Origin: an uncultured Acidimicrobiaceae bacterium
GTDB taxonomy: Bacteria > Actinomycetota > Acidimicrobiia > Acidimicrobiales > CAYSAC01
Assembly: GCA_964428815.1 (NCBI GenBank)
Contig: CAYSAC010000002.1
Coordinates: forward strand, 5,062-69,061
Reading direction: 5' to 3'
DNA: 64,000 nucleotides
Positions 36,446-44,696 of the stretch are shown here, piece after piece. Under the pieces are notes generated by a model. It did no database searches. It worked only from the letters and a program-made list of their open reading frames with translations, and was not told the origin of the DNA. The stretch's first letter is position 1. The number at the start of each line of letters is the position of its first letter. Both the position numbers and the translations under genes were made by a program.

Positions 36446-37431
36446 CTACGTCCTCACGAACTCGATGACCTGCGCGTGCATCGCCTCCGGACCTCCCGTG
36501 CGCAGGCGTCGCGCGCGTCGGCGTCGCTCGACCGCCGGTCCGATGTCGGCAGGCCGGTTCAGCTGGTTGAGGATCATCCCGGCGACGACGAGCTGGAGCC
36601 GAGCGGGCTCGTAGCCAAGGACGGCGAGCTCTCGCCGCACGACCGCCGCTACGCGAGCCCTGTCGGCGCGGCTTAGGCGGCCCATCCACGTACCCTGTCG
36701 TTCGGAGCTCACCACCTTGCTCACGCCGAGCTGCCACGGTCGAACGGCGTCGGTGACCGTGCGCGCGTCGGCCCGCGCTCCGGCGTCGAGCATCGCCGGG
36801 TCGAACTCCTCCCCGACAAAGTTGCACACATGTCGCAGTTGTGGATCGTGCGTCAGGTCCTCATAGCGGATCATCGTGTAACGCCGCGGACCTGCCTGCC
36901 TGCCGGTCGCGATCGTGGTCAGGATGTGGCGCCTAACCGAGCGCGCGACCCTGCGGGCGCCGTCGGATACCCAGGGAGCCTCCATGTTGGAGGCGACCAC
37001 GTCCGCGGGTCACGGACGATGTGGACGAGTTTGGCGTTCGGAAACAGCCGCAACACTTGCCCTGCGGGCTGCTCCGGCGACTTTCGCTCCAGCGTCGCTT
37101 GCCGAGCCGTGCCGCTACGAAGCTCATGACGACGTCAAGCAGGTCGGCGTAGCTGCATCCTTTGGTCATGACCTCCTCGAAGATCTCGTCCTCATTGAGC
37201 TCGAACTGGTCGAAGCCGCGGGTCGGGACGTCGAGGGTCGCTCGGATGGCGCGGCGCAGGTTGTCGTCGTCGTGCAGGTCGCCGTAGTAGTCGGCGAGGA
37301 TCGCGATGCGAACGAAGAAGTACAGCTCCGGTGGACCCGCGATGTGCCGGTGGGCGCCGAGCATCGACTGGAGCAAGCGTTGTGCCGGACCGCTGGTACC
37401 CGAGCACGAAGATCGGTTCACGGTTCTGCAC
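36446..37431 (-). pseudogene. Sulfotransferase pseudogene (three frameshifts)
   Basis: A complete sulfotransferase can be read only by joining three frames:
- MQNREPIFVLGYQRSGTT (frame of 37431);
- shift near 37377, then LLQSMLGAHRHIAGPPELYFF...RLGKRRWSE;
- shift near 37083 at a short A/T run, then SPEQPAGQVLRLFPNAKLVHIVRDPR;
- shift near 37003, then DVVASNMEAPW... to the stop at 36446. Confidence 0.7.
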
Positions 37432-37460
37432 GGCCGAGCCGCGGAGCGCGGGTTCGTCGC

Positions 37461-38939
37461 TCAGAGGTACCCCAGCAGCCGCATTTGCTGTTCGAGGTCG
37501 GTGTCTGCCAGCACGTCGGGATCGGCCGGGTCGAGGCTGTGCTTCGGACGCTCACCAGCCTCGGCCTCATCGAGGGCGACCCGCAGTGGGCGGAGCCGCG
37601 AGCCGTAGTCGGTCTCGACGCGGCCGCTGACGATGACGGGCGCCTCCTCGATGGGGTCGCGCTCGAGATCGACCAGCTCCTCGCGGCCGAGTCGCCGGAT
37701 GAGCTTCACAGAGCCGTCCGTGGCGCAGGTGAACGACGTGCATAGCCTCCGAGCCGCCTCGTCCCCGAGTCCCCAACCCTCGAGCAACTCCGCGACGCGC
37801 GGATCACCGGGCGTGCCAGGCGCGTCGAACTGCGCCACCGCGGGACCACCCATGGGGCCCTCGGACCAGGGGTGAGCGCCGAGGTCGAGCGACCTGGCGA
37901 GCAGTCTGGGGACGTCGGCCACGGAGAGCACCGGAGGCGGGCAGAGGTCCAGAGGACCACTTGCCACGAACGGCACTCGGATCAGGCGGTCGTCGAGCGA
38001 GAATGCGTGTCCGACGAGGTTGCCGTCGCCGAAGTTCTCGCCGTGGTCGGAGGTCAAGATCACCTCCGTGTCAGCCAGGATGCCGCGGCCGTCCAAGGTC
38101 TCGAGCACGCGGGCGAGCCAGCTGTCCAGCTGGCGGATCGCGGCGGCGTAGCTCCTCCGCATCCGGTCGAGGGCGTCTTCAGGTACGTCGAGGCCACCCA
38201 CCCCGCCCTTCCACAGCTCGCTGAAGTTGAGGTGTCGTCGCGCCTCGATAGCGGTCTTCACGCGGTCGATGAGTCCGAGGTCGTTCCAGGGCTTCGGGGG
38301 CAAGTACGGGGAATGGCACTCGATCAGGTTGACGAACAGGAAGAACGGTCGACCGTCGCCAGCGCCGGTCCATTGGTCCAGCAGCGCTGCGACCGCCTCG
38401 GCTCCGTCGTCGGTCCGTGCGCGGACCGCCTCGAGCACCCAGCGGGCCTGGTGACGCAGACCACCTGGCGTGATGCCTGCGAAACGGCCGCCCTTCAGGT
38501 GGTGGAACGTCTCGAAGCCCGTGTCGAACCCGCTCTTGGGGGAGACCCACGCGTTGGTGCTCACCCCGTAGGTCGCGTAGCCGGCATCACCGAGGACGCG
38601 CGGCAGGAGGTCGGCTTCCATCTCGCGCATCGCCGCGCAGTAGCCCGCCGGCTCTTGGCCGCCGATGTGACCGAGACCCGCGCTGCGTGGGAGCTCACCG
38701 GAGAAGAGCGAACCGTGGGCCGGCACCGTCCAGCAAGCGGTGCTGAACGTGGCCTGATGGGCGAGGCCGGTCGCGGCAAGCTGCTCGACCGTCCGTGACG
38801 CGCCGGCTGGCGCGCCGTACGGCTCGAACGCGTCGGCGCGCGCGGTGTCGAACACGACGAGCAGGATGTTGGGCTTCACGTCCGGCGGAGTGTAGAGGAG
38901 CGTGCGCGGCGGGATGACCGCGACGAGTAGCCGTGTCAA
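37461..38939 (-). CDS. Sulfatase-family (alkaline phosphatase superfamily) protein with a non-canonical T-V-P-A-H active-site box
   Basis: PNILLVVFDTARADAF, then STACWTVPAHGSLFSGELP where sulfatases have C-x-P-x-R (Thr codon 38727-38729, His 38715-38717). VILTSDHGENFGDGNLVGH. No signal peptide seen. Confidence 0.75.
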   Translation of the reverse strand: MTRLLVAVIPPRTLLYTPPDVKPNILLVVFDTARADAFEPYGAPAGASRTVEQLAATGLAHQATFSTACWTVPAHGSLFSGELPRSAGLGHIGGQEPAGYCAAMREMEADLLPRVLGDAGYATYGVSTNAWVSPKSGFDTGFETFHHLKGGRFAGITPGGLRHQARWVLEAVRARTDDGAEAVAALLDQWTGAGDGRPFFLFVNLIECHSPYLPPKPWNDLGLIDRVKTAIEARRHLNFSELWKGGVGGLDVPEDALDRMRRSYAAAIRQLDSWLARVLETLDGRGILADTEVILTSDHGENFGDGNLVGHAFSLDDRLIRVPFVASGPLDLCPPPVLSVADVPRLLARSLDLGAHPWSEGPMGGPAVAQFDAPGTPGDPRVAELLEGWGLGDEAARRLCTSFTCATDGSVKLIRRLGREELVDLERDPIEEAPVIVSGRVETDYGSRLRPLRVALDEAEAGERPKHSLDPADPDVLADTDLEQQMRLLGYL

Positions 38940-39769
38940 CGTCGACGAGTACTACGTTGCCGACCGTGACATCGCTCGCACAGCGAATCGCCGAACTCAG
39001 CTGGTACCACACGATAGAGCTGCCCGAGGGTTTGACAACTGCGGGTTTGTTCGACCTGCGGGGCGTTGTGGCGACGCTGCCGATCCCTACGTCTCTCGCG
39101 GGCAAGCGCTGCTTGGACATCGGAACATGCGACGGCTTCTGGGCATTCGAGCTAGAGCGTCGAGGTGCGGCCGAGGTCATCGCGATCGATCTTCTCGATC
39201 CCGCCGACCGGGATCGCACAGCGTCGGTCACTCAGCTCGAAGGCGTCGTCACACGTGCTGCCGCCACCTTCGCTCTCGCGCACGAGGCGCTGGGGTCACG
39301 CGTGACCTTCATTGAGAAGAACGTCTATGACCTCTCGCCCGACGATGTCGGCTTGTTCGACTTCGTGTTCATGGGCAGCCTCCTGCTCCACCTCCGCGAC
39401 CCCGTTCGTGCGCTCGCTGCAGTGCGCTCGGTCGTGTCCGGCGAGCTCCTGTCCTATGACTCGATCTCCCCGATGCTCAGCGTGCTCGCCCCGCGAACCC
39501 CCGTGGCCAGGCTCTATGGTCAGGCCCGCAACGAGTGGTGGATCCCGAACAAGGCCGGGCGCATTCGTGAGCTCGAGGCGGGGGGCTTCCGCGTGCTGCG
39601 CAAAGGCGGCGTGTCGTGGGTGGCGCGGCGCGGGATCGCGCTACGACCCTCCTCGTTCCGCCGGCGGCCGTTCGCCGTTGCTCTCCTCGCGCTCAAGGGC
39701 GCGCCGCACTCGTGGGTCCTTGCTGCTCCCGACGCTCGAGGTCCCGCAATTCGTCGCGATCGACCGTAA
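38933..39769 (+). CDS. Class I SAM methyltransferase, WYHTIELP-type (paralogue 1 of 3)
   Basis: SWYHTIELPEGLTTAGLFDLR, RCLDIGTCDGFWAFELERRGAAEVIAIDLLD. Start uncertain: the GTG at 38933 overlaps the divergent gene start, and TTG 38957 and GTG 38966 are alternatives. Confidence 0.75.
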   Translation: MSTSTSTTLPTVTSLAQRIAELSWYHTIELPEGLTTAGLFDLRGVVATLPIPTSLAGKRCLDIGTCDGFWAFELERRGAAEVIAIDLLDPADRDRTASVTQLEGVVTRAAATFALAHEALGSRVTFIEKNVYDLSPDDVGLFDFVFMGSLLLHLRDPVRALAAVRSVVSGELLSYDSISPMLSVLAPRTPVARLYGQARNEWWIPNKAGRIRELEAGGFRVLRKGGVSWVARRGIALRPSSFRRRPFAVALLALKGAPHSWVLAAPDARGPAIRRDRP

Positions 39770-39778
39770 ACGGCTGGA

Positions 39779-40576
39779 TCAGCGTGACGGGCGGGGCGGA
39801 CGCGGTGTCGCTCGGAGGCTCCGGAACAGGAGGCCGCGCTTGGTCGGCCGGCGCGCGGCGATCGAGTGGAGCGCGCTGTTGCGGAAGGATTGCTTGGGTG
39901 CGCCCGGACCGAACGGCACGACGAAGCGCTTGCCGAGCGTCGTGATCTCGAAGCCAGCGCGCTCGACGAGCTGCACGAGGCCACGGGAATTCACCCGCCA
40001 CCATTGGTCCCAGTCCGAGTTGAAGTGCGCCGCCGGCACGCGCGGGGCCGCCAGCTCCAAGTAGGGATCGAGGTGCTCCACGAGCACGAGCTCACCCCGG
40101 CACACGCCGCGCATGCGCTCCAGGGCTCGGACCGGTTCGGCGAGGTGCTCGAGGAGCGCGCCGCAGAAGACGACATCGAACGTCCCTGCCGTGCCCTCGT
40201 CGAGGTCATAGACCGAGCAATCCACTCGGGTGGCCTTGGATCCCGTCAGCGCCGCTGCTCGAACGAAGCCAGGCCCCCGCTCGCTGCCCCACGACCTGAC
40301 GAGCGCGGGTCCGCTTTCGCGCTCGTCGTAGAACCAGTCGAGCTTCTCGGGGTCGTCGACGTCGAGGGCGACGACCTCGGCCGCGCCACGCCGCTCCATC
40401 TCGAACGCCCAGAACCCGTCGAAGGTGCCGACGTCAAGACATCGTCCGCCAACGATCTGCGACGGCCACGTGACCCAGATCGGCGCGCTGCGGGTGTCGA
40501 ACCACCCGCGGGTGTGCCTTCCATCAGGGAGATCGATGGTGTGGTACCAGACTCGCGATGCCTCCTCGCCGGTCAT
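39779..40576 (-). CDS. Class I SAM methyltransferase, WYHTIDLP-type (paralogue 2 of 3)
   Basis: VWYHTIDLPDGRHTRGWFDTR, RCLDVGTFDGFWAFEMERRGAAEVVALDVDD, VVFCGALLEHLAEPVRAL. Confidence 0.8.
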   Translation of the reverse strand: MTGEEASRVWYHTIDLPDGRHTRGWFDTRSAPIWVTWPSQIVGGRCLDVGTFDGFWAFEMERRGAAEVVALDVDDPEKLDWFYDERESGPALVRSWGSERGPGFVRAAALTGSKATRVDCSVYDLDEGTAGTFDVVFCGALLEHLAEPVRALERMRGVCRGELVLVEHLDPYLELAAPRVPAAHFNSDWDQWWRVNSRGLVQLVERAGFEITTLGKRFVVPFGPGAPKQSFRNSALHSIAARRPTKRGLLFRSLRATPRPPRPSR

Positions 40577-40641
40577 GCCCCCACTATCGCATGCGTCGAG
40601 CGAGCCACCGCCACGGGTGGCGGCCGTGTTACGAAGGTGCG

Positions 40642-41946
40642 ATGCACCGCGAGCCGGCGCCGTCGATGGGGGAGCACATGGTGTTCGTCGTCGGCGCCCG
40701 CCGCAGCGGAACCAACTGGCTGCAGCGCGTGCTGTGCACCCACCCCGATGTCATCGGCACCCATGGCGAGTCCTTCCTCTTCTCCCGTGGGCTCGTTCCC
40801 CTGATGGGCCGCTTTCATCACGGGAGCCCGAGCGCCCGGGAGCTCGGTTCCGTCTTCGTCGACCGGGAACGGATGATCGGCGCGATCAGAGGTGTGTGCG
40901 ATGTCGTCTTCGGCGACCTCCGCGAGCTGCTCGGACCAGCTGATCGGCTCGTCGATCGGACGCCTGAGCACGTCACGTGCCTTGACCTGATCGGCGAGGT
41001 GTACCCAGAGGCGCGGGTGATCCACATCATCCGCGACGGCCGCGACGTCGTTCGTTCGCTGCTGAGCATGGAGTGGGGAACGCAGGAAGCGGAGGTGGCG
41101 GCCGAGGAGTGGCGTGCTGCGGTCGTCGACGGCCGCAAGCAGGGAGCCTCCCTCAGGCACTACCGAGAGGTGCGATACGAGTCGCTCCTGTCCGATCCAG
41201 CGCGCGGCTTCAGCGACACCTTCGTGTGGCTCGGTCTCGACGTGGACCACGACGTGATCTCGGCGGCGATGGAGGAGGCGAACCGGGCGTTCACGGTCGA
41301 TCCGAAGATGGCCACGATCGCGTCGGGGAAGTGGCGCGAGGGCCTCGACCCCGAGGCGCTGGCAGTGCTCGAGCGTGTCGCGGGCGGTGCGCTCGAAGAG
41401 CTCGGCTATACCGACGACGGGAGTGAGCCCGCGCCGGTCACCCAGTCGCCAGACGCCGTGCACGCGGTCCAGACGAGCCGCTCCGGCGGCCGATCGCGCA
41501 TCGGCGGCGTGGCCGCCGCTCTCGTGGACCGCGCCACGCGGCGAGGCCGCTCGCACGGTGGTGGTGCCGAGTGGCAGATGCGCGAGCGCCTGCATGTGGG
41601 CTCCCAGCTCGTGAACAGCGTCCTGTCCGCGCTCGCGGTCGGATCGGACGACCAGTTGCGCCCCCTGCTCGACGACGGGGTCGCCGTCCGTCTCCTCGGG
41701 GGCGCGCACAGCGGCTACGAGGGCCGAGGCCCTGACGCGCGGGAGTTGTTGCTGGACGTGCTGGGCTCCGATCCTGTTCTGCGCTGGCGTCAGCGGCCGG
41801 GGGCGGTGCACAGCGGGGTTCCCACCACGACCGTCTTCCTGTCCTACGAAGGTCCCGACGCCACGGTGGAGCACCGGGTCCTCGCGCTGACGATCACCGG
41901 GGACCGCGTCAGCGGGGTGACCTACCTGCACCCTGGCGTCGGATGA
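40642..41946 (+). CDS. Sulfotransferase with a ~175-aa C-terminal extension (possibly NTF2/SnoaL-like)
   Basis: Track ORF trimmed to the ATG at 40642 (GAAGG upstream). 5'-PSB MVFVVGARRSGTNWLQRVL, 3'-PB RVIHIIRDGRDVVRSL. Residues ~259-434 (41416-41946) are extra. Confidence 0.75.
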   Translation: MHREPAPSMGEHMVFVVGARRSGTNWLQRVLCTHPDVIGTHGESFLFSRGLVPLMGRFHHGSPSARELGSVFVDRERMIGAIRGVCDVVFGDLRELLGPADRLVDRTPEHVTCLDLIGEVYPEARVIHIIRDGRDVVRSLLSMEWGTQEAEVAAEEWRAAVVDGRKQGASLRHYREVRYESLLSDPARGFSDTFVWLGLDVDHDVISAAMEEANRAFTVDPKMATIASGKWREGLDPEALAVLERVAGGALEELGYTDDGSEPAPVTQSPDAVHAVQTSRSGGRSRIGGVAAALVDRATRRGRSHGGGAEWQMRERLHVGSQLVNSVLSALAVGSDDQLRPLLDDGVAVRLLGGAHSGYEGRGPDARELLLDVLGSDPVLRWRQRPGAVHSGVPTTTVFLSYEGPDATVEHRVLALTITGDRVSGVTYLHPGVG

Positions 41947-42655
41947 CGCGGCCGACGACCGAGCGCCCGCGCCTGACCAGCGTTGGCGGCTTGCTCGGTG
42001 CGGTCGCCGTCGACGGCGGCTCCACCAGCTGGCCGCTTCTGTCGATCTCCCGCAGGTAGGCGTGGAGCTGGTCCGGTTCGAAGAACTGCAGCTCTTCGAC
42101 GTCGAAGCGGTCCTCCCACCAGAGCATCACGACGCGCTCCGTCTCGCCCAAGGTGTCGGCGTGACCCGCCGGGAAGTGGTCGCGCGTCTGCAGCACGGCA
42201 GGCTTGAACGCGAACCGCAGCCGACCGTCAACGAGGTCGACGAGCCAACGGTGGTGGCTCCAGCCGACCCACGAGCCGTGGACGCCGAAGCTCTGCTCCT
42301 CGGCGCGCGAGGGCGTCTCGATGTAGCCGGCCTTGGCGACGCGCTGCAGCTCGTGGCACACCCAGATCGGGTCCCTTATGTCCTCGAGCGTGTGCGAGCA
42401 CACGGCGAAGTCGAACTGCTCGTCGGCGAAGGGCCATGGCTCGTGGTCGCAGATGTCGCGCTGCACCCACGTGTCCGCGGTGAACCGCTCGGTCGCAGTC
42501 GCTCGGTCGTAGCCGTACAGACCTCTGGTCTTGTAGGGGAGCAGGTCGAGCACCCAGTCGGCGCGTTCCAAAGGGCTGCCCCAGCCGCCGACGTCGAGCA
42601 CGACCGCATCGTCCGGAAGACGCTCGATGATCTTCCTTGTGCTCGCGTCAAGCAC
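41909..42655 (-). CDS. Class I SAM-dependent methyltransferase (type 11-like)
   Basis: Track ORF trimmed to the GTG at 42655, which overlaps the upstream stop (GTGCTTGA). VVLDVGGWGSP, FDFAVCSHTLEDIRDPIWVCHELQRVAKAGYIE. Confidence 0.65.
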   Translation of the reverse strand: MLDASTRKIIERLPDDAVVLDVGGWGSPLERADWVLDLLPYKTRGLYGYDRATATERFTADTWVQRDICDHEPWPFADEQFDFAVCSHTLEDIRDPIWVCHELQRVAKAGYIETPSRAEEQSFGVHGSWVGWSHHRWLVDLVDGRLRFAFKPAVLQTRDHFPAGHADTLGETERVVMLWWEDRFDVEELQFFEPDQLHAYLREIDRSGQLVEPPSTATAPSKPPTLVRRGRSVVGRVIRRQGAGRSPR

Positions 42656-43619
42656 CGAGCACCTCGGGGTGGTCCCGGTACCAGGCGATCGTGCGGAGCA
42701 GGCCCTCCTCCAGACTGACCGCTGGAGTCCAGCCGCACAGCGCGCGGATCTTCGCCGTGTCGACGAACTGCCTGTCGATCTCGCCGCTCGGGTTGCCAGC
42801 ACCCCGGATGTCCGGCTCGAGATCGGTGCCGGCGAGCTTGCAGACCATGGCGACGATCGTCCCGACCGCGACAGGTTGGCCACCGCCGGCGTTGAAGGCC
42901 TCGCCCGCTGCGCCATCCCGATCGAGCGCCTCGTCCAGCGCGATGTACGCCGCGGCCGCGTCCTCGACGTACAAGAAGTCGCGCTCGGGCGTGCCGTCGG
43001 AGCGCACCACCGGACGCCGGCCGGTCAGCGCCGCCTTGACGACCTCAGGCACGAGGCGGGACACGTTGAGGTCACCGCCGCCATAGAGGTTGGCGAAGCG
43101 CGTGACGGCGACTGGCACACCGAATGTGTGCCAGTAGCTCCGGGCGACCATGTCGGTCGCCGCCTTCGAGACGTCGTAGGGGAAGCGGGGCTGCAGCGCG
43201 AAGTCCTCGCGGTACGGCAGCTGGTCGTGTGAGCCGTAGGCCTTGTCGCTCGAGGCGACCACGGTGTGCGGCACTTCGTGGCGATGGACGGCGTCCATCA
43301 CGGTCCACGTGCCTCGGATGTTGGCCTCGAAGGTCGGGACCGGCGAGTGGTTCGCGGTCGGCACGATCGCCTGCGCGGCGAGATGGAACACGCTCTCAAC
43401 CTGGTACTCACCCAGCGCGCGGTCGAGCAATGCGGCGTCGCAGATGTCGCCATCGACGACGGACACCTCGACCTCGAGTCCGAACAGCACGAGCGACGAC
43501 ACGGCAGGACGGTCACGCCGCAGGACCGTGACCCGATCGCCGCGCTCGAGCAGCGCCTTCACCAGCCACGCTCCCAGGAGCCCGTACGCGCCAGTGACGA
43601 AGGAGGATCGTGGCGTCAC
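42648..43619 (-). CDS. NAD-dependent extended-SDR sugar-nucleotide dehydratase/epimerase, CDP-glucose 4,6-dehydratase-like
   Basis: FVTGAYGLLGAWLV (GxxGxxG), VFHLAAQAIV, SSDKAYG, YDVSK (YxxxK), and RFANLYGGGD, which resembles the RAGNVIGGGD box of RfbG-type enzymes. Confidence 0.8.
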   Translation of the reverse strand: MTPRSSFVTGAYGLLGAWLVKALLERGDRVTVLRRDRPAVSSLVLFGLEVEVSVVDGDICDAALLDRALGEYQVESVFHLAAQAIVPTANHSPVPTFEANIRGTWTVMDAVHRHEVPHTVVASSDKAYGSHDQLPYREDFALQPRFPYDVSKAATDMVARSYWHTFGVPVAVTRFANLYGGGDLNVSRLVPEVVKAALTGRRPVVRSDGTPERDFLYVEDAAAAYIALDEALDRDGAAGEAFNAGGGQPVAVGTIVAMVCKLAGTDLEPDIRGAGNPSGEIDRQFVDTAKIRALCGWTPAVSLEEGLLRTIAWYRDHPEVLGA

Positions 43620-43682
43620 TGCTGCAACGGCACGCGCATGACCTGCTGTCGCGCTGCGTGGGGTCGTTGGAGATCATGAGGC

Positions 43683-44696
43683 ATGCTGGGGCCCAGCATG
43701 GCAGAGCCGAACTCCTCCGTCGCAGCCCCCCGTGTCTCGGTCGTGGTGCCGGTGCGCGACCGCAGGGCGCTGCTCGCGGAGCTGCTCGACAGCCTCGCGA
43801 AGCAGACGGTCACCGACCACGAGGTGATCGTCGTCGACGACGGGTCCACCGACGGATCCGGGACCGAGGCGCGGCAGCGGGCGAGCGCGGGCCAGCCGAT
43901 CGTTGTGGTCGACGGCGGCGGCCGCGGTGCCGTCCACGCGCGCTGCGCAGGCGTCGCCGTGGCTCGCGCTGACGTGCTCGCCTTCACCGACAGCGACTGC
44001 CAGCCCGTTCCCGAGTGGCTCGAGCGCGGGTTGGCCGCCATCGCGGCCGGGGCGGACGTCGTGCAGGGTCGCACCGAGCCGACCACGATCGTGCGGCCGC
44101 TCGAGCGGAGCATCTGGGTCACCGAGGAGGACGGCCTGTACGCGACCTGCAACGTCTTCTACCGACGGGACGCGTTCGAGAAGGCCGGTGGCTTCGATCC
44201 GTTGGCGGGCGACCGGTTGGGGTTCCGCCCCGGGGCCGTGCTCCGCGACCTGGGCTTCGGCGAGGATGTCCTCATCGGGTGGCGGGTGCGCCGCGACGGT
44301 CGCAGCGCGTTCGCGCCGGACGCGCTCGTGCGCCACCACGTGTTCCCTCCCGACCCCGCCGACCACGTTCGCCGCGCGTTCAACGCGGGTGGGTTCGCGA
44401 TGCTCGTCCGCGAGGTGCCCGAGCTGCGCGAGGTGTTCCTCCGCAACAGGGTCCTGCTCGGACCGCCGACACGCGTTCCCCTCTACGCGGCTGCGTCGCT
44501 CGCAGGTCTGCGTCGGTGGAGCGCCGCAGGCGCGTGCCTGGCGGCGTGGGTGGGCGCGCACGCGCTGCTGCTGCGGCGCACTCCCGGTACCACGCGACGC
44601 AAGGTTGCGTCGTTGCCCGTCGTGCTGGCGGCGGACGCGGTCACCGCCGCCTCGCTGCTCGTCGGCAGCGTGCGCTCAGGCGCGCTGGTCCTGTGA
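43683..44696 (+). CDS. GT2-family glycosyltransferase with a hydrophobic C-terminal region
   Basis: VSVVVPVRDRRALLAELLDSLAKQT, VIVVDDGSTDGS, LAFTDSDCQP. C-terminal helices (LYAAASLAGL..., VASLPVVLAADAVTAASLLV). Confidence 0.8.
   Translation: MLGPSMAEPNSSVAAPRVSVVVPVRDRRALLAELLDSLAKQTVTDHEVIVVDDGSTDGSGTEARQRASAGQPIVVVDGGGRGAVHARCAGVAVARADVLAFTDSDCQPVPEWLERGLAAIAAGADVVQGRTEPTTIVRPLERSIWVTEEDGLYATCNVFYRRDAFEKAGGFDPLAGDRLGFRPGAVLRDLGFGEDVLIGWRVRRDGRSAFAPDALVRHHVFPPDPADHVRRAFNAGGFAMLVREVPELREVFLRNRVLLGPPTRVPLYAAASLAGLRRWSAAGACLAAWVGAHALLLRRTPGTTRRKVASLPVVLAADAVTAASLLVGSVRSGALVL

Noticed and set aside
36446-37431. Programmed ribosomal frameshifting as an explanation for the split sulfotransferase
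   Set aside because: Three shifts are needed and they do not all go in the same direction. No slippery heptamer or downstream structure is evident. Pseudogenisation or sequencing error is simpler.
40573-41931. 452-aa minus-strand ORF opposite the extended sulfotransferase
   Set aside because: No domain signature. The plus-strand frame has PAPS-binding motifs and a plausible RBS and ATG.
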